Assembly: GCA_945906935.1 (NCBI GenBank)
Contig: CAMDSO010000006.1
Span: forward strand, 1,498 to 65,497
DNA from: Bordetella parapertussis
GTDB taxonomy: Bacteria; Pseudomonadota; Gammaproteobacteria; Burkholderiales; SG8-41
Direction of reading: 5' to 3'
DNA length: 64,000 bases
Below the pieces are notes generated by a model. That model saw nothing but the letters and a program-made list of their open reading frames with translations. It made no database searches and was not told where the DNA came from. The position numbers and the translations under genes were made by a program. Shown one piece after another: positions 20,505 through 33,229 of this stretch. How positions within the stretch are numbered: position 1 is the stretch's first letter; each line of letters begins with the position of its first letter.

Positions 20505-20878
20505 TCACGCACGCGTTTAAAGCTGCGGTAATGATCCGCAGTGTAATAAAAATCAACGCCGTTACCGCCGGCGATCAGGCGACGCGCGCCGCGATTGGAC
20601 GCACCCGGGGTCGGCACGGTGTATTCCCGGTAGTAACCACGCTCATGCTGCGGCAGCAGACGTTCGAAGTTGCCAAAGACCACACCATCGCGCGAATAAG
20701 GATAGGGTCCGCCGCGCTTGATCAGATCAAATGTCTCACGCGCCTCTGGCGGCAGCGAGGCCAGCGCGACCTCGGCAATCACGGGCCGCGCCTCGCCGCG
20801 CGCCTGCGAAAACAACGGCAGCAGCAACAGCACCGCCAACCCAATAGCCGCCCAAGAATACAGTCGCCGCATCATCAA
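20501..20878 (-). CDS. secreted guanyl-specific ribonuclease (RNase Sa/barnase family)
   Basis: Signal peptide; GGPYPYSRDGVVFGNFERLLP, YYREYTV, RGARR, YYTADHY. Confidence 0.92.
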   Translation of the reverse strand: MMMRRLYSWAAIGLAVLLLLPLFSQARGEARPVIAEVALASLPPEARETFDLIKRGGPYPYSRDGVVFGNFERLLPQHERGYYREYTVPTPGASNRGARRLIAGGNGVDFYYTADHYRSFKRVRE

Positions 20879-20911
20879 AGATCGCAGTGGTAGAAATCCG
20901 TTACGGGGTGG

Positions 20912-22690
20912 TCAGCTCTTCACGTCCTGACGGCGCAAACGAATATGCAACTCGCGCAACTGGGTTTCAGTCACCGCGCTGGGGGCATTAACCATCAAAT
21001 CCTGGCCGCGCTGGGTTTTCGGGAACGCGATCACTTCGCGGATCGAATCAGCGCCAGCCATCAGCGTGACCAGACGGTCGAGACCGAAGGCAATACCGCC
21101 ATGCGGTGGCGCGCCGTATTGCAACGCGTCGAGCAGGAAGCCGAATTTGGCGCGTGCATCTTCCGGCGAAATCCCCAGCACCTCAAAAATTTTCGCCTGC
21201 ACCTCGGCGCGATGTATCCGCACCGAACCGCCGCCGATTTCCCAGCCGTTCAAGGCTACGTCGTAAGCCTTCGCCTGCACCTTGCCCGGATCGGTCGACA
21301 GCAATCCGATATGTTCATCCTTGGGCGAGGTAAACGGATGGTGTGCCGCGTTCCAGCGCTTGGCCTCTTCGTCGTATTCAAACGCCGGAAAATCAACCAC
21401 CCAGACCGGACGCCAGCCGGCTTCGGCATGGCCCTTCTCATGACCAACCTTGACGCGTAATGCACCGAGCGCGTCATTCACCACCTTGGCACGATCGGCG
21501 CCAAAGAAAATCAGATCCCCGTTGACCGCGCCGGTACGCTGCAGAATCCCACCGAGCACCTCGGGCGTCATGAACTTAACGATCGGCGACTGCAGACCCT
21601 CGTCGCTCAGCTTGGTGACATCGTTGACCTTGATATAGGCCAGGCCCTTTGCGCCATAGATCGCAACGAAGGTTGTGTAGTCGTCGATTTCCTTGCGCGA
21701 CAAGGCAGCGCCGCCGGGCACGCGCATGGCGGCCACGCGGCCGTCTTTTAGCGCGGCGGCTTGTTTGAAGACCTTGAAATCCACCATCTTCATCAACTCA
21801 GTGAGATCGGTCAATTCCAGTTTGACGCGCAGGTCGGGCTTGTCCGAACCGTAGCGCGCCATCGCCTCGGCATAGGTGATGCGCGGGAAGGTGCCCAAAT
21901 CAACGTTCAACGTCTGCTTGAACATGTGACAGACCAGGCCTTCCATCATGTCCTGGATTTCACGCTCGTTGAGAAACGAGGTCTCGATATCGATCTGCGT
22001 GAACTCGGGCTGGCGGTCGGCGCGCAGATCCTCGTCGCGGAAACATTTGACGATCTGGTAATAGCGGTCGAAGCCTGACACCATCAGCAATTGCTTGAAC
22101 AATTGCGGTGACTGCGGCAGCGCATAAAAATGGCCGTCATGGATGCGCGAAGGCACCAGAAATTCGCGCGCGCCCTCCGGGGTCGATTTGTAGAGCATCG
22201 GCGTTTCAATGTCGATAAAGCCCAGCTTGTCGAGATACTCGCGCGCCGACATCGCAGCGCGGTGGCGCATGTGCATATTCTTCTGCATCTGCGGACGACG
22301 CAGGTCGAGAAAACGGTATTCGAGACGGATGTTTTCCGAGAGTTGCTCGTCGTCCATCATGAAGGGCGGCGTCAACGAGGGATTCAAGATCTCGATTTCA
22401 TCGGCCAGCACCTCGATCTCACCGCTGACGAGATTGGCGTTGACCGTGCCCTCGGGACGCGGCCGCACCTTGCCGCTGACGCGCACGACAAACTCGTTGC
22501 GCAACGTTTCGGCAATGCCGAAGGGCGCCGGATAATCCGGATCGCACACCACCTGCAACAGACCGGCGCGGTCGCGCATGTCGAGAAATATCACGCCGCC
22601 ATGATCGCGGCGGCGGTGTATCCAACCGAATACGGTGACAGTCTGCCCAAGGTGCGCGCGGCTGATAGAACCGCAGTAGTCAGTACGCAT
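20912..22690 (-). CDS. aspS: aspartate--tRNA ligase
   Basis: MRTDYCG start, [38 protein letters not shown]. Confidence 0.98.
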   Translation of the reverse strand: MRTDYCGSISRAHLGQTVTVFGWIHRRRDHGGVIFLDMRDRAGLLQVVCDPDYPAPFGIAETLRNEFVVRVSGKVRPRPEGTVNANLVSGEIEVLADEIEILNPSLTPPFMMDDEQLSENIRLEYRFLDLRRPQMQKNMHMRHRAAMSAREYLDKLGFIDIETPMLYKSTPEGAREFLVPSRIHDGHFYALPQSPQLFKQLLMVSGFDRYYQIVKCFRDEDLRADRQPEFTQIDIETSFLNEREIQDMMEGLVCHMFKQTLNVDLGTFPRITYAEAMARYGSDKPDLRVKLELTDLTELMKMVDFKVFKQAAALKDGRVAAMRVPGGAALSRKEIDDYTTFVAIYGAKGLAYIKVNDVTKLSDEGLQSPIVKFMTPEVLGGILQRTGAVNGDLIFFGADRAKVVNDALGALRVKVGHEKGHAEAGWRPVWVVDFPAFEYDEEAKRWNAAHHPFTSPKDEHIGLLSTDPGKVQAKAYDVALNGWEIGGGSVRIHRAEVQAKIFEVLGISPEDARAKFGFLLDALQYGAPPHGGIAFGLDRLVTLMAGADSIREVIAFPKTQRGQDLMVNAPSAVTETQLRELHIRLRRQDVKS

Positions 22691-22736
22691 GATGTGGAAC
22701 CCGGCTTTAAGAAATTGAAAGGGCGCAGCGAGTGCG

Positions 22737-23387
22737 CTACTGATTGACGGCACGCTTCTGCAATACGCCGCCTTTCGGCAACGCACCGCCAGCGCTGCGG
22801 CCACCTGGGGCGACAACGCCCATCGAAATAATGTATTTGAGCGCCTCGTCGACACTCATATCCAGCACGATCACGTCCTTCTCTGGCATCATCAGAAAAA
22901 AACCCGAGGTCGGATTGGGTGTAGTCGGCACGTAAACGCTAAGGTAATCGCCCTGCAAATGATTGATCACATCGCCGCCCGGACGCCCGGTCAAAAAAGC
23001 AATCGTCCACGAACCTTCTCGCGGGTATTGAACCAGCAGGGCCTGGCGAAAAGCATGGCCGTTGGACGAGAACAGGGTGTCTGACACCTGCTTGACGCTG
23101 TTGTAAATCGACTTTACCACCGGGATACGACCGAGCACAGACTCCCAAAACAGCAACAGGCGCTGGCCGATGAAGTTCGCTGTAATCAGGCCGGTGACAA
23201 ACAAAATCAGCAGCGACAACAACACGCCCATGCCCGGAATATGCACCCCGAACAGACTCGCCGTCTGATAACGCTCGGGCAACAACAACAAGGTCTGATC
23301 CATGCTGCTGACCAGCAGATGCAATACCCACAAGGTGATGCCCAGCGGCACCCACACAAGCAAACCAGTGATGAAATACTTCTTCAA
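22737..23387 (-). CDS. DUF502 membrane protein
   Basis: [28 protein letters not shown]; usual position upstream of aspS. Confidence 0.9.
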   Translation of the reverse strand: MKKYFITGLLVWVPLGITLWVLHLLVSSMDQTLLLLPERYQTASLFGVHIPGMGVLLSLLILFVTGLITANFIGQRLLLFWESVLGRIPVVKSIYNSVKQVSDTLFSSNGHAFRQALLVQYPREGSWTIAFLTGRPGGDVINHLQGDYLSVYVPTTPNPTSGFFLMMPEKDVIVLDMSVDEALKYIISMGVVAPGGRSAGGALPKGGVLQKRAVNQ

Positions 23388-23487
23388 TTGAACTCCGCCG
23401 CCTATCAGGTTTCCGGACGCTCAGCACACGCCCGGCGAGGCATGACCAAACAATCCGGCGCAAAGCGTTTTCAGCGCAACCGTGCGC

Positions 23488-23865
23488 TCAACTTCCGCTT
23501 GAATTGGTGGCCGTCGAGGACGCTGCAGCAGGGGTCGACTCGGCCTTCTTGGCAGGTACCTCGGCTGCGGGTTTGCTTTCACCGCCAGAGGAACTACCCT
23601 CGGCCTTGGCTTCCGACTTGCCAGCGGCCCCGCCTTCGACCTTTGCAGTGCCAGCGCTGGTGCCGGTCGCGGCGGGCTTGGCGCCCTGCTTGAAGTCAGT
23701 GACGTACCAACCGCTGCCCTTCAGCTGAAAGCCCGCGGCAGTCACCATTTTTTTGAGACTAGCCTTGCCACACTCCGAGCAATCAGTCAGCAAGGGATCG
23801 CTCATCTTCTGCAGATACTCTTTTTGGAACCCACAGGCGTCGCAACGATATTCGTAAATCGGCAT
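23488..23865 (-). CDS. FmdB family zinc-ribbon protein
   Basis: MPIYEYRCDAC...CSEC...FQLKGSGWYVTDF plus low-complexity tail. Confidence 0.92.
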   Translation of the reverse strand: MPIYEYRCDACGFQKEYLQKMSDPLLTDCSECGKASLKKMVTAAGFQLKGSGWYVTDFKQGAKPAATGTSAGTAKVEGGAAGKSEAKAEGSSSGGESKPAAEVPAKKAESTPAAASSTATNSSGS

Positions 23866-23989
23866 AACACGCCCCCAGTTTTAGAGGGCCGAATTATAGC
23901 GGAAAGGGGACATCACAGCGAGAATGAAGCAGGAGTATGGCGGCGCCGGCGGGAAAGCCCCGGCGCGCGCCTGTATGGCAGCGAAGACC

Positions 23990-24481
23990 CTAAAAAGGAA
24001 TATCGTCGTCCATATCGTCAAAGGAGGCGCCACCGCCTTTTTTGGCTGCGGGCTTGGCACCGCCACTGTTGCCGCCGCCATCACCACCGCGCGGTTCGCG
24101 CGCTTCACGTGGCATTGATTCACCACCGCCCGCACCACCGCCCACACCACCGCGACTGCCCAACAGTTGCATGCGATCGGCGACGATTTCGGTTGAATAG
24201 CGATCCTGCCCTTCCTTGTCCTGCCACTTGCGAGTACGGATGCGCCCTTCGATGTACACGGGCGAGCCTTTTTTCAGGTATTCACCGGCGATTTCGGCGA
24301 GCTTGCCGAAAAACGACACGCGGTGCCATTCAGTGTGTTCCTGCTTATCGCCGCTCTTGTCCTTCCAGTTGTCCGTGGTGGCAATACGGATGTTTGCCAC
24401 GGCATCGCCGCTCGGCAAGAAGCGCGTTTCGGGATCGGCGCCAAGGTTGCCGATCAGAATGACTTTATTGACTGATGCCAT
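23990..24481 (-). CDS. ssb: single-stranded DNA-binding protein
   Basis: [14 protein letters not shown]; acidic tail DDDIPF. Confidence 0.98.
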   Translation of the reverse strand: MASVNKVILIGNLGADPETRFLPSGDAVANIRIATTDNWKDKSGDKQEHTEWHRVSFFGKLAEIAGEYLKKGSPVYIEGRIRTRKWQDKEGQDRYSTEIVADRMQLLGSRGGVGGGAGGGESMPREAREPRGGDGGGNSGGAKPAAKKGGGASFDDMDDDIPF

Positions 24482-25871
24482 GTAGTGCCTCCCGGTGTTG
24501 GTCCTGTTCAGCGAGCAATCGTATCACGTGTTGTTCGTCGAATGCGGCGGCATCGACACGCAGGCGCGCCTGGCCGCTGTCAGCAAGAAAACGCACTTCG
24601 CGCACCGCCGGCAGCGCGGCCAGGCGCGCTTTCAGCACCGCCATCTGCGCCGCTTCCAGTGCAGGCAGCTCATAATGCACATTGCGCAAACGCCGCGGCG
24701 CCTGCATGCCCAGGGCGAGCATCAGCCAGGCCGCCAGCAACGCCACATCAAAGACAAAGACCCCTTGCGCACCAAAGCGGTGATAGAGAAAACCGCCGCT
24801 CGCGGCACCGGCAAAGGTGCCGAAGAACTGGATGCTGCTGTAGATGCCCATCGCCGCACCCTTGGCCGCCGGCGGAGCCAGCTTTGAAATCAGCGACGGC
24901 AGCATGGCCTCCAGCACGTTAAAAGCGCTGAAGAAAAACAGCAGAAACACGATGATCGCAGCGGTGCTGCCAAGCAGCCAGGGCATGGCCAGATGCCCGG
25001 CCAGCAGCAGCGCAACCGCGCCACAAAAAACCGCCTTGATGCGGCCGTGCCGCTCGGCAATGAACACCGGCGGCAGCATGACGACAAACGAACCGAGCAT
25101 CACCGGCAGATAGACCTCCCAGTGCCGGCCCAGTTCCAAACCGCCGTCACGCAGTGCCAGCGGCACCACGATAAACAAGGCCATCAGCACCGCGTGCAAG
25201 GCGAAGATGCCGAAATTGAGACGCGCCAACTGCGGGTCACGCAGCAATTGCAACAGGCCGGGCGCGTCCTTGGCCGACACCGGCGCCACCAGCGGCGGCG
25301 CGGCGGGGACCACCGCGTAAACAACGCCGATCGCCAGCAACGACAGCACGCCGGTGAGGGCAAAGATCCCGCGCACACCGATCCATTGATTCAACCACGG
25401 ACTAGCCACCAGCGACAGCGCAAACGTGAGACCGATGGTCGAGCCGATCATCGCCATCGCTTTAGTACGTTGTTCCTCACGCGTCAAATCGGCGGTCAAC
25501 GCAATCACCACCGCCGAGATCGCCCCCGCCCCTTGCAAAATACGCCCGGCAATCACCCCGCCGATCGAATCAGCAGTAGCCGCCAGAAAACTGCCGGCGG
25601 CAAAAATCAGCAGTCCCCAATAGATCACGGGCTTGCGGCCATAGCGATCCGACAGCCAGCCGAACGGAATCTGCAATAGCGCCTGTGTCAGCCCGTAGGC
25701 GCCAATCGCAAATCCGACCAGCGTGAGATTATCGCCGCCGCGCAATGTCTCGGCGTAAATGGCGAACACCGGCAGGATCACGAACATGCCGAGCATGCGC
25801 AAACCAAAGATGGAGGCAAGGCCGATGCTCGCCCGCAGTTCGGGCGGCGTCATGCGGTCAGTAGATGACAT
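24465..25871 (-). CDS. MFS transporter (YajR-like)
   Basis: [18 protein letters not shown], small C-terminal soluble domain; lies between uvrA and ssb. Confidence 0.88.
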   Translation of the reverse strand: MSSTDRMTPPELRASIGLASIFGLRMLGMFVILPVFAIYAETLRGGDNLTLVGFAIGAYGLTQALLQIPFGWLSDRYGRKPVIYWGLLIFAAGSFLAATADSIGGVIAGRILQGAGAISAVVIALTADLTREEQRTKAMAMIGSTIGLTFALSLVASPWLNQWIGVRGIFALTGVLSLLAIGVVYAVVPAAPPLVAPVSAKDAPGLLQLLRDPQLARLNFGIFALHAVLMALFIVVPLALRDGGLELGRHWEVYLPVMLGSFVVMLPPVFIAERHGRIKAVFCGAVALLLAGHLAMPWLLGSTAAIIVFLLFFFSAFNVLEAMLPSLISKLAPPAAKGAAMGIYSSIQFFGTFAGAASGGFLYHRFGAQGVFVFDVALLAAWLMLALGMQAPRRLRNVHYELPALEAAQMAVLKARLAALPAVREVRFLADSGQARLRVDAAAFDEQHVIRLLAEQDQHREALHGISQ

Positions 25872-25961
25872 ATTGCAACGGCGTGGGAAAAGACAACGAG
25901 GTCGCGTATATTAGCAGGTTTGGCTGCGCCTCCCTCGCGCACGCCGCCCCCAAGGGACCCT

Positions 25962-28835
<2,874 letters not shown>

Positions 28836-28839
28836 GACG

Positions 28840-30114
28840 ATGAACCCGCGCGCCCTGTTACTCGGCAGTTTTCACGCGGCGGTGGCGGCGGCCGATCCCT
28901 TGCAGATCGTGCCGGCACATCTGCCACCACCACCGGTCGGCCGCACACTGGTGATCGGTGCGGGCAAGGCGGCCGCCGCCATGGCACTGGCCGTCGAGCA
29001 GCACTGGCCCGCGCATGCGCCACTGGAAGGCACTGTCATCACTCGCTATGATCATGGCCTGCCGACACAACGCATCGCCGTGCTTGAAGCCGGCCATCCG
29101 GTACCCGATGCCGCCGGTGAAAGCGCTGCACGCAGCATCTTTAACGCGGTCAAATCACTCACCCAAGATGACCTGCTGCTGGCACTGGTGTCCGGTGGTG
29201 GCTCGAGCCTGCTGTCGCTGCCAGTTGCATCGATCAGCATGGCTGATTTGAAAGCCGTCACGCAGGCCTTGCTGCACAGTGGCGCGGCGATCCAGGAAAT
29301 CAACACCGTCAGAAAACATCTCTCGTCGATCCAGGGCGGGCGTCTTGCCGCTGCCTGCGCAGCGCCGATCCGTGCGCTGGTGATTTCCGACGTGACGGGC
29401 GACGACCCGACACACATCGCTTCCGGGCCCTGCGCCCCCGACCCCACGACTTATGCCGATGCTTTAGAGATACTCGCGCGTTATCACTGCGCAGTGCCGC
29501 CGGCAGTGCTGCAAACCCTGCAACGCGGTGCGTGTGGTGAAATTGGCGAGACGCCCAAGCCCGGCGACCCGATCTTTGCGCGCACGGAAAACCGTGTGAT
29601 TGCTACCGCGCAACAATCCTTGCGCGCGGCTGCGGATTATTTTGCGGCACAAGGCATTCCTGCAGTGATCCTGGGTGACAGCGTAACCGGTGAAGCACGT
29701 GCCATCGCCGCCCTGCACGCCGCACTGGCACGCGAAGTCGCGACACGCGGCCTGCCGTGGCGCGCGCCGCTGGCGCTGATTTCAGGTGGTGAATGCACCG
29801 TCACCGTCCGCGGTAAGGGACGCGGCGGCCGCTGCGCCGAATTTCTGCTCGCCCTCACCACCGAACTCCAAGGTCAGGCCGATGTGCATGCGCTGGCCTG
29901 CGACACCGATGGGATCGACGGCAGCGAAGACAACGCTGGTGCAATCAGCGCACCGGATACCCTCGCGCGTGCCGCCGCACTAGGCCTCAACGCGCAGCAA
30001 CACCTCAGCAACAACGACGGCTATGGATTTTTTTCAGCGCTCGGCGATCTGGTGATCACCGGCCCAACGCGCACCAACGTCAACGACTATCGCGTAATTT
30101 TGGTGAAGGCTTGA
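28840..30114 (+). CDS. glycerate kinase, MOFRL/TtuD family
   Basis: GAGKAA, SGGGSSL, SDVTGDD, DTDGIDG, TGPTRTNVND. Confidence 0.92.
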   Translation: MNPRALLLGSFHAAVAAADPLQIVPAHLPPPPVGRTLVIGAGKAAAAMALAVEQHWPAHAPLEGTVITRYDHGLPTQRIAVLEAGHPVPDAAGESAARSIFNAVKSLTQDDLLLALVSGGGSSLLSLPVASISMADLKAVTQALLHSGAAIQEINTVRKHLSSIQGGRLAAACAAPIRALVISDVTGDDPTHIASGPCAPDPTTYADALEILARYHCAVPPAVLQTLQRGACGEIGETPKPGDPIFARTENRVIATAQQSLRAAADYFAAQGIPAVILGDSVTGEARAIAALHAALAREVATRGLPWRAPLALISGGECTVTVRGKGRGGRCAEFLLALTTELQGQADVHALACDTDGIDGSEDNAGAISAPDTLARAAALGLNAQQHLSNNDGYGFFSALGDLVITGPTRTNVNDYRVILVKA

Positions 30115-30120
30115 GCAGTC

Positions 30121-30232
30121 GGTTTAAAATTTTACCTTGGGCATGATTGTTGGCGATACCGCACGTCGCGGCACCACCGACACGACGCAAAGCGCGCTTT
30201 AATCCACGCCCGACACGAATGTCGGGCGATAC
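30121..30232 (-). CRISPR. remnant type I-C mini-array: repeat, one spacer, degenerate repeat
   Basis: 30196-30232 minus = GTATCGCCCGACATTCGTGTCGGGCGTGGATTAAAGC (37 nt, hairpin, GTGGATT(G)AAAC-like end); 36-nt spacer at 30160-30195; eroded copy ending GGCGATAC at 30159. Confidence 0.75.
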
Positions 30233-30322
30233 GGCATCGACCCAAGCCTCGGAATCGCTGACGAATTTCGATTTTAACGCGCGAACCGATACCGTCCGGC
30301 GCCATCAATCAGGGTTCGCGCA
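30233..30322 (-). promoter_or_regulatory. CRISPR leader
   Basis: Between the cas2 stop and the first repeat; contains CGCGAACC...GGTTCGCG inverted motif as commonly seen in type I-C leaders. Confidence 0.6.
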
Positions 30323-30609
30323 TTACACAACCAGCAGAGCCTCAAAGTCTTTTGCCTTGAACTTTCCATACTCTTTAACACGCAGCCGGGATGGTTCTGT
30401 GATGCGGTAAAAGCGAAGACTATCTTCGTTGTCGTCGAATTCCGCCAACAAGCGACGCACCAACTCTGCATACTTGTTTTCATCAACTTTGCACTCAAAC
30501 ACAGATTTTTGAACGCACTGCCCGGTGCTTTCACATATTTTTGCAATACGCCTAAGCCGTTTTCGCCCGGCGTTTCGGTTGAAACGTCATAGCTCACGAT
30601 AATCAGCAT
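30323..30609 (-). pseudogene. cas2: CRISPR-associated Cas2, frameshifted
   Basis: [15 protein letters not shown], then shifted frame [24 protein letters not shown]...DSLRFYRI...LVV*; shift near 30563. Confidence 0.9.
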
Positions 30610-30620
30610 AGTGCCCCAAG

Positions 30621-31325
30621 CTAACGCGCCATAAACGGCAGATATTGATCGACTTCAAGCTTTATATTGCGCGCCATCAGCCTTGCCTGAATCATAGGCA
30701 GCATCCCTATCTGGACCTTGGATTCCAGTAAAGGATGCTGAACCTCCTCCTGCTTGCGTTCCTGATACGCCACCACAAGCGCCTTCCCGCCTTTTTCATT
30801 AAGCAAAACCGCTCCGCCTTCCCGATGCTCAAATTCATCAGGCGTGATTTGCGCGCGATTAACCAGTGTCATGGCAATCCGCAATCCGATCTGCCGAATA
30901 AGCCCAGAACTCTTCCATCAAATCGCGCGCGAGAGCAGCACGCCCTGGCCTAACCGCATGCAAGAACCCCAATTGAGGATCAAGTCCAACACTTTCCAGT
31001 GCCGAGCGACAATCATTGGCAAGCATCGAATATAAAAATGACAACAATGCGTTAAGTGGATCAAGTAGGGGGCGTCTCGTACGTCCCGTAAATGCAAACT
31101 CTGTTCTATGTGGTGGTTTGATGACGTAATTCACGGCCTGAAAATAGCCGCGCGCCGCCTCACCTTCAATACCACGCAAAACGTCCAGATCAGACACCGA
31201 TGCCAACACCCGCAAGCTTGCCGGCAGATCATCAACTGCACGCGTGAGGGATTCAGCCTCTCCTTGCTCACCCGCCGCACGCGCCGCACGCATTAACCGT
31301 AGAGAGTATTAAATACCGTTTGCAT
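30621..31325 (-). pseudogene. cas1: type I-C Cas1, internally deleted and frameshifted
   Basis: MQTVFNTLY start jumps to LMRAAR (about 100 codons missing); LRGIEGEAARGYF, NALLSFLY, GLDPQLGFLH, DLMEEF; 7-bp duplication CAATCCG at 30875-30888 shifts the frame. Confidence 0.92.
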
Positions 31326-31944
31326 TCAGCCCCCCCTAAAAAGCTGCTCCCGCATGCGCAGCAGACGCGCCGTGTCGGCGAGTGCTTCGGGCTGACAGGC
31401 GTCAATTAATGGACAAGCCCGACAGCGTTCGCCATTCACGGGGGCAGGAAGGGCCGCGAGGGACATCATCTCTCTGACTCCCATTACCGTAGTCTCGACC
31501 AGACCACGAAGCTCGGAGGTAAATGACACCTCGCGTCGCCTGCGACTGGAGGCGTGATATATCACGCCAAGCGGCACACGGATATGTAGCATCTCTTCGA
31601 GACAAATAGCCTGCGCCGCCAGTTGTATATCATCGTGTATCTTTTCGCGTTTGCGCCCGTGTTTAAACTCAACTGGCACTACCGTACCCCCCAGGTTGAA
31701 ATTCAACAACGTCAGCCTTCCCGATCAATCGAAGCCGCTAGGACCCTAACGGCAATGCACGCTCCACTTTAACCCCCACCCTCATTTCGTAACCAGGGAT
31801 GTCGACCAACCGATGCACCGCCTGACCGCGCGCCGTATAAAGGTTATCGTCAAACGCCTGTTCGACGTGAATCAGCGCGCATTGACGCGGGCAATAGGCT
31901 TAGTGCTGGAGTGCGGAAATCGCGATCGGATTGGCATCGTCCAT
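31326..31944 (-). pseudogene. cas4: CRISPR-associated Cas4 with two nonsense codons and one frameshift
   Basis: ISALQH*AYCPRQCALIHVEQ, GS*RL, GKADVVEF, extra G in a G6 run near 31690, PVEFKHG, QLAAQAICLEEM, CxxC-x5-C. Confidence 0.92.
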
Positions 31945-31994
31945 GGGCTGGGTGCTAACATAAACACTCGGCACTGTTTATCGCGGAGGGCATC

Positions 31995-32246
31995 ATGGGT
32001 GCAGCGTTAAAAGAACTTGAAGAACAGGCATTGCAGTTGTCACTGAAAGAGCGTGGCGAACTCGCGCATCGCCTGATCGTCAGCCTTGATGGCGAAGTAT
32101 ATGACTCCCAAAAAGTTGTCGCCAATGCCTGGAGCGAAGAAATTGCCCGCCGTGTGGCGGAAATCGATGCTGGTACCGCAACGCTAGTTCCGCATAAAGA
32201 AGTGCTCGCGGAAATGGACAAACTGCTGAAACAGCCCGGCAATTGA
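31995..32246 (+). CDS. putative addiction-module antitoxin component
   Basis: GGAGG RBS; ALQLSLKERGELAHRLIVSLD...AWSEEIARRVAEIDAG, typical of antitoxins paired with ParE. Confidence 0.85.
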   Translation: MGAALKELEEQALQLSLKERGELAHRLIVSLDGEVYDSQKVVANAWSEEIARRVAEIDAGTATLVPHKEVLAEMDKLLKQPGN

Positions 32247-32536
32247 GACTGGTCTGGGAAAGTCACGCTCACGCCGAATTCCGCGAAGCGGTACGATTTT
32301 ATCGTGACAACGCGGGACACAGAATCGCCAGTGACTTTCGAGATGCGGCCGTCCATACAGCCGAATAATTGCTCGAAAACCCGGAAATCGGTGAGCGTAT
32401 CGAACACAATACCCGCCGCATCAGTCTTCACGATTACCCTTAAAGTCTGATTTATCGTGTTCAACCTTCAAGCATAATCATTGTTGCGGTTGCGCACCAA
32501 AGCCGCCAACCGGGGTATTGGGCAGGCCGGCGGTAG
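32243..32536 (+). pseudogene. RelE/ParE family toxin with two in-frame stops
   Basis: TTGA overlap; MRLVWESHAHAEFREAVRFY...AE*LLENPEIG...RR...YP*SLIYR...IVAVAHQSRQPGYW; TAA at 32366 and 32441. Confidence 0.88.
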
Positions 32537-32549
32537 ATTGGCTATTGAA

Positions 32550-33043
32550 TCAGAACCCCTGAGTTCCTCCGGAATCAGTCCATCCAGGTTCGAAAGTGCA
32601 TAGATTCCGTCCGGCTTTAACGCGTCACGCAGCGTTTGATGAATTTTGGCTGACGAATACTGACCGGATTTGCAGTTGTGTTACCACCAAATTACTCGCA
32701 GCACTTCCATGCTTCCGGCCGGCCTCGCGGAGGATTCGTCGTTTTCAAACAACTTAGGCAACACCACTTTGATCGCGTTGGCATCCTCGTCAGTGAATCT
32801 GGTTTTCTCAGCCAATTGTGGATTCATGCTGCCGTAAAATACACATACACCATGATCTACACGATGCTTCATCCCCATCGTGTCAGAGCCGCGCTTGGTT
32901 CCATCACCCTCGCCGCTGACGCTCTTTGTAATCTGGGTACTGGTAATGTCAATAGTCTCAATGCTGAAAGCAGATTGAACAGTGACCGGACCGCGTATAC
33001 CGATAGAGACGCCGGTGTCGCCTTCTTCGTCGCTACCATCTTC
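32550..33043 (-). pseudogene. cas7: 3' fragment of type I-C Cas7/Csd2
   Basis: GVSIGIRGPVTVQSAFS, QITKSV, SDTMGMKHRVD, LAEKT, LFENDESSARPAGSMEV, WW*HN..GQYSSAKIH; 5' part absent. Confidence 0.9.
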
Positions 33044-33045
33044 TT

Positions 33046-33188
33046 AAAAAAGAAAACCCTGCGGCAGCAAGCTGGGCGGAGCTTTCAGGGCAACCGATTG
33101 TAGCAATCCGGGGTGAGAGAGGGAGCTACAACGGGTTTTACCAAGCGGGATAAACCCGCTCGATAAAACCCGGCGAGCTCACGCTCGC
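33046..33188 (-). ncRNA. candidate structured small RNA with intrinsic terminator
   Basis: Four consecutive hairpins including an 18-bp stem, two C/U-rich loops, ending UUUUCUUUUUU. Confidence 0.4.
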
Positions 33189-33229
33189 GTTTAGCAGAAG
33201 TATTGAACCACCCCGCGCACAAGCGGGAA

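Noticed and set aside
24060-24155. CCACCGC-type short repeats
   Set aside because: They encode the Gly-rich linker of SSB
25872-25961. Expected LexA box upstream of uvrA
   Set aside because: No CTGT-N8-ACAG seen; its absence is not unusual in this class
31945-31994. Search for a CreA-like degenerate repeat between cas4 and the TA pair
   Set aside because: No resemblance to the 37-nt repeat and no match to the spacer
31955-32464. 169-aa minus-strand ORF over the TA module
   Set aside because: Antisense shadow of the antitoxin and toxin; no recognisable motifs
32678-33103. 141-aa plus-strand ORF
   Set aside because: Antisense to the clear Cas7 homology
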